Below, piece after piece: positions 28,358 to 35,994 of a stretch of 64,000 nucleotides of DNA (positions within the stretch are counted from its first letter, which is position 1; every line of letters starts with the position of its first letter). The stretch spans positions 32,001-96,000 of the IMG/VR virus record IMGVR_UViG_3300022602_000039, one strand, 5' to 3'. The notes under the pieces were generated by a model. The model had not been told where the DNA came from. It saw only the letters and a program-made list of their open reading frames with translations, and searched no databases. A program made the translations under genes and the position numbers. This DNA comes from a virus.

Positions 28358-28401
28358 AAGTTCTTTTGCAGAGAACCGCCTAGCCGTTTAGCTTCCGAGC
28401 G
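28330..28401 (-). tRNA. tRNA-Cys(GCA)
   Basis: CGCTCGG/CCGAGCG T; GTTCT CT GCA AA AGAAC; no encoded CCA. Confidence 0.9.
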
Positions 28402-28412
28402 ATATTTAAAAT

Positions 28413-28503
28413 TGGAGGAAGTGGTAGGATTCGAACCCACGGTACCATTTCTGGTACTTCGCATTTCAAGTGCGACGCATTATGACCACTCTGCCACACT
28501 TCC
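28413..28503 (-). tRNA. tRNA-Ser(TGA)
   Basis: GGAAGTG/CACTTCC TCCA; TCGCA CT TGA AA TGCGA; long V arm. Confidence 0.95.
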
Positions 28504-28548
28504 ATTCATTTATATTAGATTATTTAAGAGATAAGTCAAGAAAAAAAT

Positions 28549-28638
28549 TGGAAGGAGCGGTGGGATTCGAACCCACGGAACCGATTAAGGTTCGGGAATT
28601 TAGTAAATTCCTGCTTTCGGCCTCTCAGCCACACTCCC
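28549..28638 (-). tRNA. tRNA-Ser(ACT), rare A34 anticodon
   Basis: GGGAGTG/CGCTCCT TCCA; GGAAT TT ACT AA ATTCC; long V arm. Confidence 0.9.
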
Positions 28639-28693
28639 ATAAAAAATATATTATATAGTGCTCCAGGTGCTCAATCCAGAACTAAATTAAACT

Positions 28694-29168
28694 TTATTTA
28701 ACCTCGATACTGATATTATGTACCTCCGGTTTCACGACAGGGACCTTAACTCGTAGTAGCCCGTCTGTGTATGTTGATGAGATGTTCTTAACGTCCGTAT
28801 TGTCATTAAGAGAGAAGGACAACTGTCCCTTTCTACGGCTAATGCCTTTACGATGGAAGACAACTGTCTCATCATATTCGACCTCTTCCTCTTTATTAGT
28901 ATTAATGTGGAGTTTACCCTCCTTAACATTAACAGTAATATTATCCTTACCAACCCCTGCCAATGCTACCTCAATGTAGTACGCATATGGATTTCCATCA
29001 GGGTCGGTTTCCGATACAATGTTATAAGGATAGGTCGCGTTTGGAACATCAAACGCTTTATCAAGATCCTTGATAACGCTACTTAACCAACTTTCGTTAA
29101 ACAGGCCTGGAAGTTGGCTATAACCAAGTCCTGTTGCCGGAATGACCCGGCCTAGTGTGTATTGTCAT
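28694..29168 (-). CDS. small heat-shock protein Hsp20/IbpA; ATG is out of frame by 1 nt
   Basis: YPYNI...IEVALAGVGK...HRKGISRR...YTDGLLRV; AAAGGAG and ATG at 29168, but the reading frame begins 7 nt later. Confidence 0.85.
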
Positions 29169-29256
29169 ATTTTTTCTCCTTTGTTAAGCGAGTTAATATG
29201 TTTGCTTTAGTCCCAAATGTGAGCACCTGAGCTATAAATAATTATGCTTTAAGATT

Positions 29257-29826
29257 GTGAAAAATCAAGAAAATAATAAAAAATATTATATTTACGGTTA
29301 TATTGATCCTGAAAATAACAATGAATTGTTTTATATAGGTAAAGGCTGCAGGTACCGTTATAGAAATATTAGCACGCGAATGTGTAATAGATTATTATAT
29401 AAGAAGCTTGTAACGTTACTAGAAACATACAATATTGATAGTATTACAAAAAAGATTGCAGTAAATTTATCTGAAGATGAAGCGTACGCTCTTGAAATAC
29501 AATTAATAGCAAAAATAGGAAGACGAAACATTGGATCTGGTACTTTACTCAATTTAACACCAGGTGGTGATGGTTTAGTTGGTGTTGCGAACTTAAACAG
29601 TTACTATAAGAGTAAGCCTTGTCGGTTGATTTGTAGTGATGGTCGTGAATGGCTATTTGAAAGTAAGCAGGATGCTATTAGAAAAGGATTTCCGGGGCAT
29701 ATTATAGAAAAAGCTATAAAAACCGGTTCACATACATTAGGCAATAGCACCTATAAAAGAATAAAAAACAGTAAAGCAACTATACAGTTTAAAAATGGTG
29801 ATACAATCACATACATGCGTTTATAG
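29257..29826 (+). CDS. GIY-YIG-family homing endonuclease
   Basis: YYIYGY...FYIGKG...R; E.A..LE..LI..IGR...G.LLNLTPGGDG. Confidence 0.85.
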   Translation: MKNQENNKKYYIYGYIDPENNNELFYIGKGCRYRYRNISTRMCNRLLYKKLVTLLETYNIDSITKKIAVNLSEDEAYALEIQLIAKIGRRNIGSGTLLNLTPGGDGLVGVANLNSYYKSKPCRLICSDGREWLFESKQDAIRKGFPGHIIEKAIKTGSHTLGNSTYKRIKNSKATIQFKNGDTITYMRL

Positions 29827-29840
29827 ATTTCTATAATCAA

Positions 29841-30515
29841 TTAAATTTTGATTTTTTGTCTGTAAACTTTAAAGTTCTCTTTTAGTTCTTTTACCACATT
29901 ATTGTAGTTCTTTTGTTCAGCCTTAGTACGCTTCTTCTTATCTTTAAGAGTATAAAATTCTGTTGTAAGGTAGGCTTGAATCTCGTCGTCCATGACAGAT
30001 CTATCATAGCCTAATTCAAGAAGAACATCTTCAGCCTTTTTACGGAGAGAGCGATGAAGCTTTTTAAGAATCTTAAGAGTGTTCTCTTTATATTCCTTAT
30101 CTAAGAAAAAGAGAGCATGACAGCATTCATGTTCAATTGTACTGACGTCAGTATTTGAACCAATTAGATAATAATGATTACTTTCAATTTCTGTTACAAT
30201 CTTATTATGGATATTAAGAATAATATCATCATAGATATTATAATCTTCAATTTTGTAATCGTAAAGACTAGCAACAATAGGCCCAGGAATATTAAACCCT
30301 CCCCAATCCATAGGGTAGGTAAATGACCCTTCATTCTTCTTCGAATAAACAGCCATTAATTCAATAAGTGTAAATCTCTTTCCACGAATTTGCTTAAACG
30401 GCGATTCATAGAATTCTTGTACTCTACAAAAGGTCATAGCAAGATCATACATATCCTCTATCTTACAGAGATAGATACCAGGGTATAGCTTTTTAAGTGA
30501 ATATTTGATCTTCAT
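29841..30515 (-). CDS. HEXXH-containing conserved phage protein
   Basis: RVQEFYESP...GFNIP...EHECCHALF...DEIQAY. Confidence 0.65.
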   Translation of the reverse strand: MKIKYSLKKLYPGIYLCKIEDMYDLAMTFCRVQEFYESPFKQIRGKRFTLIELMAVYSKKNEGSFTYPMDWGGFNIPGPIVASLYDYKIEDYNIYDDIILNIHNKIVTEIESNHYYLIGSNTDVSTIEHECCHALFFLDKEYKENTLKILKKLHRSLRKKAEDVLLELGYDRSVMDDEIQAYLTTEFYTLKDKKKRTKAEQKNYNNVVKELKENFKVYRQKIKI

Positions 30516-30530
30516 TTTTTATTTATTCTT

Positions 30531-30605
30531 TGGCATTCCCGACGGGATTTGAACCCGTGCCAGGTCTGTGAAAGAGACCGGTGCTAACCACTACACTACG
30601 GGAAC
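30531..30605 (-). tRNA. tRNA-Glu(TTC)
   Basis: GTTCCCG/CGGGAAT GCCA; GGTCT CT TTC AC AGACC. Confidence 0.95.
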
Positions 30606-30608
30606 CAG

Positions 30609-30657
30609 AAAAAGACCGGGCGTGAGATAGCTTGCATGTGCAGAGGCCCGCCCGGTT
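30609..30657 (-). terminator. intrinsic terminator
   Basis: ACCGGGCG...CGCCCGGT stem followed by a T-run on the minus strand. Confidence 0.55.
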
Positions 30658-30669
30658 TACTTTACTTAC

Positions 30670-31767
30670 TTATGCTTCGAGATTAGCAGGAGCAACATCA
30701 CGGAACGGATCCGGTGCAACCGCTGCAAAATCAGGTCCCTTGAAGAAGAGATCAGACGCTAGGCGATTGAGCTCCATACGGAAGGCAATATTCTCATCCG
30801 TAACATGATGGGTAGCGACATTAGTCAAGTTATTGAACAAGTCATACGCATTAACGTTTGAGTTCGCTGTTGACTGCCAGCGAGTACCCTTCTTAGCAAC
30901 ATCAATACCAATAGTCTTATAACGACCCTTGATCTCGTTATCGTTAAACATCTCTACGGCAAGCTCCTTATCAAGATCCATAACAAGCTTACGTGCGTTG
31001 TAGTACTCACGGATAGAAGCGTTATTATCACGTAGACGATTTGCGTTAGCTGAGACTTCTTCACGGAGAACGTCACCGGTCATAAACTTACGAACCTGGG
31101 TATCAAAGGTACGCTGACTGAAGTCTGCACTATCAATGAAGCGCTGGGCCATACGATGAACAGCGGGCATTCCGTTCGAACAAACAAGACGGAGAAGATA
31201 AGGATAGAACTGTGACTTATTCATCGAGAAGTTCATTCCAAAACCACCCTTCCACATATCACGACCATCTCCGAAAACATCAATATCGGAATCTGGATTC
31301 TTGAAGTTAATTCCAATACTAATGTTCATAGGATCGAAGTTAAAATCCCGAAGCTCGAGATTGTTCTCGTTATCCCTCAAAAAGGCCTCAGTATAACGAA
31401 GGCCTGCGGAAAGATCAATCTGACGCTCTTCCTTAATAGGACGGTCAAAGAGATTGACAATCTCATTATTGTGGTTGTTAACAATCGCAGTTACACGCTT
31501 GTTCTTCTTGATGTTCGTAAGAGCATTATGGAGTGGTGCCCACTGGGAGCTGTCATCCTTAATCTCGTTAACAAGCTGATCCTTAACTCCAAGAACTCCG
31601 AGGAGACTCTTAAGAGAATTATTAGCTAGTCGGTTATTGTTGTAGGAGAAGTTATTACCGTTCTTCTCGATGGACTCAATATCCAGAGGTGCGAGGGTGT
31701 AGCCTTGCAACGTCTGGCGAATATCATTGCTCTTGGCAACGAACTTATCTAGTGTTGTTGTACTCAT
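30670..31767 (-). CDS. DUF932/DUF945-like phage protein
   Basis: RLVCSNGM motif and NAYDLFNNLTNVATH. Confidence 0.65.
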   Translation of the reverse strand: MSTTTLDKFVAKSNDIRQTLQGYTLAPLDIESIEKNGNNFSYNNNRLANNSLKSLLGVLGVKDQLVNEIKDDSSQWAPLHNALTNIKKNKRVTAIVNNHNNEIVNLFDRPIKEERQIDLSAGLRYTEAFLRDNENNLELRDFNFDPMNISIGINFKNPDSDIDVFGDGRDMWKGGFGMNFSMNKSQFYPYLLRLVCSNGMPAVHRMAQRFIDSADFSQRTFDTQVRKFMTGDVLREEVSANANRLRDNNASIREYYNARKLVMDLDKELAVEMFNDNEIKGRYKTIGIDVAKKGTRWQSTANSNVNAYDLFNNLTNVATHHVTDENIAFRMELNRLASDLFFKGPDFAAVAPDPFRDVAPANLEA

Positions 31768-31854
31768 GACTCCTTTATATTACGGGCACTCGATTAGGAA
31801 TTCCAGAATTATTTTTAAATTCCGGAAAGTAATTTGTATTTTACTATAAAATCA

Positions 31855-31892
31855 AAGAGAAACCCCTACCACCTGATCAGGGTAGTAGGGGT
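31855..31892 (-). terminator. intrinsic terminator ending the ncRNA cluster
   Basis: ACCCCTACTACC...GGTGGTAGGGGT followed by TTCTCTT on the minus strand. Confidence 0.7.
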
Positions 31893-32211
31893 GAGTTCGA
31901 ACTCTGCTTTCCATTTCTTTATCTCTCTGCATTTTAGGGAGAGCGACTCCTTTCCGGACTTGAGACCGGCAACTGGTAGCATTACTAAAGAAATTTGTGG
32001 TTATTTTTTGAGCTTTATACTAGTATTTGTCTCAATCTTCAACGGGTCTCGGCATGGAGCCAAGCACACCGTCTAATTCCGTGTTTACTAAAGCAAGGGA
32101 TCAAAGCTGTATGTAGGTGTTTGGCTCCCCCTATGAAAATACGTCTACTAACACACCAACGGACAACTCAACGTATCTCTCCCACGAATTATTCCTACAA
32201 CGTGGGAACTT
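31893..32211 (-). ncRNA. putative large structured RNA (~320 nt), unidentified
   Basis: No credible ORF; multiple helices: TCCCACG/CGTGGGA, GATACGT/ACGTATT, GGAGCCAAACAC/GTGCTTGGCTCC, GAGACC/GGTCTC, TTTCTTTA/TAAAGAAA. Confidence 0.55.
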
Positions 32212-32217
32212 AATTTA

Positions 32218-32326
32218 TGATTACTGGCCTATCGGAGCTAGGAAGTCTATAGCGTCCATCTAAGGATACTACTACCCGCGGCTTCGGACTAGTATTGTTA
32301 CTACCGAGGACTATACGCAGTAATCA
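32218..32326 (-). ncRNA. putative structured RNA (~109 nt)
   Basis: 9-bp closing stem TGATTACTG/CAGTAATCA; GC-enriched interior. Confidence 0.55.
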
Positions 32327-32332
32327 AATTAT

Positions 32333-32445
32333 TTTGACCGGGGTGGTTAATCCATCCTGATGCACCGGTTGATAAAGGCCTTTTAGAGCAACCTAGTCGC
32401 GCGCACGTACGGTAGCTCTTTCGATCGAGCCTGCGAACGGTCAAA
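32333..32445 (-). ncRNA. putative structured RNA (~113 nt)
   Basis: 8-bp closing stem TTTGACCG/CGGTCAAA; GC-enriched interior with a GAAA motif. Confidence 0.55.
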
Positions 32446-32458
32446 TTTTAAAATGTAC

Positions 32459-32513
32459 TGTCAAAGATCAATTCTTATTCTCTTAATATATAGTCTATTC
32501 TTGGAACCGGCAA
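32459..32513 (-). promoter_or_regulatory. sigma70-like promoter plus boxA-like element
   Basis: TTGCCG-17 nt-TATATT, then TGATCTTTGACA (rrn boxA is TGCTCTTTAACA). Confidence 0.6.
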
Positions 32514-32560
32514 CTGAAATCTTCAGTTCGATTCTATATCATGCTAGATTAAATAATAAT

Positions 32561-33415
32561 ATGTTAACTCAATATGAAAAATGGCTCAAGGGCGCTGGAA
32601 AGAGTAACGCTAAAAGATATCAACAAAGATTAAACAATTACAACAATAATCCTAAATTATGTGCGTATTGCAAACATCCTTTAAGCTATGAATTGAGAAA
32701 TAACAAATACTGCGACCATACTTGTTCTGCTTCCTTTACGAATAAAAGTAGATCAGAGTCAGGATATAGTTTAAAAGGAAAAACAAAAGCATCTATTTGC
32801 ACTAAATGTAATAGTACTGTAGAAATAGGTTGTAATGCATCAGCTTTAAGAGCATTATGTACCAAATGTAAATTACAATATGTACGTAAACACTGTAAGC
32901 AATGTAAAAATATATTTTACGGTAGACCAAATAGAAAGACATGTAGTAATGAGTGTGCTAGTTTAGCAAAACGTATAGGGGCTATTAATGGAGGTAAAAA
33001 ATCTGCTGCTATACAATCTCAAATAAGAAGAAGCAAAAATGAAATATATTTTGCTGAACTTTGTAAATTACATTTTACAAATGTTTTAACAAATGAACCT
33101 TTGTTTAACGGTTGGGATGCTGATATTATATTGCCTGATTTTAAAATAGCTATAATGTGGAACGGTGCTTGGCATTATAAACAAATAACAAAAAAGCATT
33201 CTGTAGAACAGGTACAAAATAGAGACAAAATAAAAATAAAAGAAATCGAACAGGCAGGTTATACATCTTATGTAATAAAAGATCTAGGCATTGAAAATAA
33301 AAAATTTGTCATTAATCAATTTAATAAGTTTCTTAAAAATATGGCGGGAGTGGGAATTGAACCCAACGCGCTCTTTCGAGCTGATGCTTATGAGACATCC
33401 GACTTTGTCCTCTAG
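32561..33415 (+). CDS. Zn-finger + PD-(D/E)XK putative homing endonuclease
   Basis: YCDHTCSASFTN, RSKNE...WDADIILPDFKIAIMWNGAWHY; likely ATG at 32561 after TAAATA; reads antisense across most of the CAT tRNA. Confidence 0.85.
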   Translation: MLTQYEKWLKGAGKSNAKRYQQRLNNYNNNPKLCAYCKHPLSYELRNNKYCDHTCSASFTNKSRSESGYSLKGKTKASICTKCNSTVEIGCNASALRALCTKCKLQYVRKHCKQCKNIFYGRPNRKTCSNECASLAKRIGAINGGKKSAAIQSQIRRSKNEIYFAELCKLHFTNVLTNEPLFNGWDADIILPDFKIAIMWNGAWHYKQITKKHSVEQVQNRDKIKIKEIEQAGYTSYVIKDLGIENKKFVINQFNKFLKNMAGVGIEPNALFRADAYETSDFVL

Positions 33416-33426
33416 TCTATCCCGCG
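33342..33426 (-). tRNA. tRNA-CAT (Met-type) with C1:C72 mismatch and long variable arm
   Basis: CGCGGGA/TCCCGCC A; GATGT CT CAT AA GCATC; V arm GCTC GAAA GAGC. Confidence 0.8.
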
Positions 33427-33435
33427 ATAAAAATT

Positions 33436-33560
33436 TGTAAGTTCCTTTGTCCTAAAAACTTGAAGCGTCCTTCATTATGTATTAGTTTTGTACGAACTTA
33501 CGACGAACCGGTTCCATACATACAACCTTTCGAACAGCTGTAGAGAGGGTTTTGCCGATT
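33436..33560 (-). ncRNA. putative structured RNA between tRNA-Trp and tRNA-CAT
   Basis: Stems GTAAGTTC/GAACTTAC, AAAACT/AGTTTT, TGAAG/CTTCA, TACAGCT/GGTTGTA; possible ATGTAT/ATACAT pseudoknot. Confidence 0.45.
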
Positions 33561-33568
33561 TCTGTAAT

Positions 33569-33643
33569 TGGCACGCCGGGTGGGTAACGCTCCCACATAG
33601 GGCAGTTTTGGAGACTGCTGCATTTCTTGTCTGCCACCGACGC
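33569..33643 (-). tRNA. tRNA-Trp(CCA) with atypical D- and T-loops
   Basis: GCGTCGG/CCGGCGT GCCA; GCAGT CT CCA AA ACTGC; T-loop AGCGTTA. Confidence 0.85.
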
Positions 33644-33665
33644 ATAAATTGTAAAAAGATCAAAT

Positions 33666-33741
33666 TGGAGCCCAGTGTCGGGCTCGAACCGACCACCTGC
33701 TGATTACAAATCAGCTGCTCTACCAAATGAGCTAACCGGGC
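33666..33741 (-). tRNA. tRNA-Thr(TGT)
   Basis: GCCCGGT/ACTGGGC TCCA; GCTGA TT TGT AA TCAGC. Confidence 0.95.
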
Positions 33742-33787
33742 GTTAATTTATTTATCTATATTAATACCTAGTACCGGAATGGGCAAG

Positions 33788-34150
33788 CTATTTTTCGTAG
33801 TGTTCTTCTTTTAATTTAGCATTCCAAATCTTTGCATCTTCTATAGAGTTTGGATTAATGTTTTTATAATCACCAAGATGACCGATTAGTAAATGACAGA
33901 TAATTCCGTAGCTTGTACTCTCACACAATGTTACAAGATTGTTCGGATCGAGTTCTAATTCTGGATGAAGATGGAATGGTTTAATATGATGTACATTTAA
34001 CTGATGGGTATCACCACATACAACGCATTTTGGATTATTCTTTAAATGTTCTTTACGAACTTTTGCCCATTCGTTAGAACGCTTTGGTCCGCCATTAGGA
34101 ATTTTACCCTTAGCGACATCTAATGCATGATTTAAACGTGTGGAAGCCAT
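33788..34150 (-). CDS. HNH endonuclease
   Basis: CVVCG...VHHIKPFHLHPELELDPNNLVTLC...CHLLIGH. Confidence 0.88.
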   Translation of the reverse strand: MASTRLNHALDVAKGKIPNGGPKRSNEWAKVRKEHLKNNPKCVVCGDTHQLNVHHIKPFHLHPELELDPNNLVTLCESTSYGIICHLLIGHLGDYKNINPNSIEDAKIWNAKLKEEHYEK

Positions 34151-34168
34151 GCATATACTTAATAAAAA

Positions 34169-34244
34169 TGGTGGAGGATATCGGGCTCGAACCGATCACC
34201 TATAGCTTGCAAAGCTACCGCTCTACCAGATGAGCTAATCCCCC
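34169..34244 (-). tRNA. tRNA-Ala(TGC)
   Basis: GGGGGAT/ATCCTCC ACCA with G3.U70; GTAGC TT TGC AA GCTAT. Confidence 0.95.
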
Positions 34245-34255
34245 GTAATATAAAA

Positions 34256-34702
34256 TGGTGGAGACGACGGGAATCGAACCCGTGTGTTTATACTGTTCTA
34301 TTTATACTTCTACACGCTTAGATAAACTTCGTACTTTCGTTGACTCCAGGTAACAAGGCGTTATCAACCTATCTATGTTTATAGTCCTACCTATGCAGAT
34401 GAAGAGTCCTGCACGACCCCTTGCACTCAGTTTTCTAAGAATCACAAGACCTTCTAAACCTATTTTTATTTCCAAAAGCTTTAATAGGATTATCTTTTGG
34501 TTCCTTAGGCAGCTAGAAGTGCTGGCTCTTCAAAGCTGGCGAGGATTTCGTCAGCGTTCTCGAGACAATACAATGCTTCCGCAAGGATGGCGTCAGAGTT
34601 ATCTTCTGCGTTTAGTTTTTTAATCAGCTTTTATAGTGGCCAACTGATTAACCACTGCGTGCCGCATAAACTTCGAGTATAAGTCGAAGCCATTACGTCC
34701 CC
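34256..34702 (-). ncRNA. ssrA: tmRNA with 34-aa tag AEDNSDAILAEALYCLENADEILASFEEPALLAA
   Basis: 5' GGGGACGTAATGGCTTCGAC; 3' ACGGGTTCGATTCCCGTCGTCTCCACCA; G3.U pair; tag ORF 34609-34505 ending LAA*. Confidence 0.95.
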
Positions 34703-34724
34703 AAAATTATTTATCAAAGAACAA

Positions 34725-35345
34725 TCAGAGTCTATAAAGAACCCAAGTAATTTTACTGTGTAAGTAGGTACTGAGTTTTAATAGACTACTAATCAATTTG
34801 CGATAAGTCTTAGACTTACGTAAAAATCTTACAATTCGACGATGAAGAGTCGCTTCCTTCTTTTTAAGTTCTTTAGCCCATTCAAGATTTTGAATAATAC
34901 GAATTTTTGCAGGTGTCTTTTCAGTTTTAACGAGTTTAATCTCCGTAAGCTTGCCTCTTACAAATTCAGCATCAAACTCTACCCACCAATCATACCCATC
35001 AAGGTCGGTTTCGTCATCAAGAGTATCCGAAAAAATATTAACGTTTGATTTATTGGTAGAAAAATTATGGTAAAAAGTAACTTTACCGGTGTGTTTTGTA
35101 TCAACCCATTTAGAGGATACTTCTTTCAGATATCCTTTGAGGAAGGCCTCTTCGTCATCAACCCATTCACGTTCAACGTGCTTATAGCGAAGTTTACCAG
35201 CTTTAGTAATTTCATAAGTAGCAAGAGTATTTTCCAAATCTTTAGTTTGGAAATCACATTCTTCCCACTTAATATCTTTTAAAGCTTTAAGCTCTTTATT
35301 AAGCGGTAAAGCCTTCTTTACATAAATTGTATCAAACATACCCAT
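34725..35345 (-). CDS. conserved phage hypothetical protein (MGMFD / FQTKDL family)
   Basis: MGMFDTI...FQTKDL...F..GKL motifs. Confidence 0.7.
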   Translation of the reverse strand: MGMFDTIYVKKALPLNKELKALKDIKWEECDFQTKDLENTLATYEITKAGKLRYKHVEREWVDDEEAFLKGYLKEVSSKWVDTKHTGKVTFYHNFSTNKSNVNIFSDTLDDETDLDGYDWWVEFDAEFVRGKLTEIKLVKTEKTPAKIRIIQNLEWAKELKKKEATLHRRIVRFLRKSKTYRKLISSLLKLSTYLHSKITWVLYRL

Positions 35346-35379
35346 GGATTTATAATATATACTAATTGACCTAATGCAA

Positions 35380-35973
35380 CTATTTCTTTGGATGATAGGT
35401 GTAATTAATGTTAAGAAGTACTCTTCTTGCCACTGTTGTCGGTGTTGTACCTGAATGATAATTCAAACCATTGAAGATAAACAACCTATTTCTCTTTGGT
35501 TCAACCTCAGATTGAATCGTAAAATTAGGAAGCTTTTTTTCCATATATAGTTTTGAATCGCTATAATCATCTGTTGGATCAAATTTTTCATTATATAGAA
35601 TAGTACTACCATCGGAGTCATTCAAATAGAGGAGTGCTGTACGATGACGATGGTCTAAATCAACGTGTGCGCCGTTCAAATAATTTTTATCAGAAGCGGT
35701 ATTCAGTACAATTCTTAAGCGTACAATTTCATTTAAATCTTCACCAGCATTAATTAATGCTTTCTTTGCCATAGGGACAATAATATTATTAGGGTCATAT
35801 GTAACCCTTGTACCGTTGACAACAGTATTCTTCCATCCAATAAGAAAAAAGTTTTCACACTCGTCATCACTGTACACCTTTCTTCCATAATACCATGGAA
35901 ACTCCTCACTCATTACCTCATCGTAGAGCGCTTTAAAATCTTCCTCTGACAAAATATTATCTGTGATACCCAT
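35380..35973 (-). CDS. 2OG-Fe(II) oxygenase
   Basis: HVD...LYLNDSDG.T...PKRNRLFIFNG..YH...RVLLNIN. Confidence 0.85.
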   Translation of the reverse strand: MGITDNILSEEDFKALYDEVMSEEFPWYYGRKVYSDDECENFFLIGWKNTVVNGTRVTYDPNNIIVPMAKKALINAGEDLNEIVRLRIVLNTASDKNYLNGAHVDLDHRHRTALLYLNDSDGSTILYNEKFDPTDDYSDSKLYMEKKLPNFTIQSEVEPKRNRLFIFNGLNYHSGTTPTTVARRVLLNINYTYHPKK

Positions 35974-35994
35974 ACAGATAATATAAACTATAGA

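Noticed and set aside
31943-31963. SRP RNA helix 8-like string (TCAAGTCCGGAAAGGAGTCGC on the minus strand)
   Set aside because: The conserved CAGG/AGCA internal loop is not matched, so there is not enough to call SRP; RNase P and hammerhead cores were not found either
31834-32213. Short plus-strand ORFs in the ncRNA region
   Set aside because: TTG starts, no SD or late motif, implausible composition
33475-34623. ORFs at 33475, 33488 and 34375 (also 28470)
   Set aside because: Translations of tRNA/tmRNA sequence
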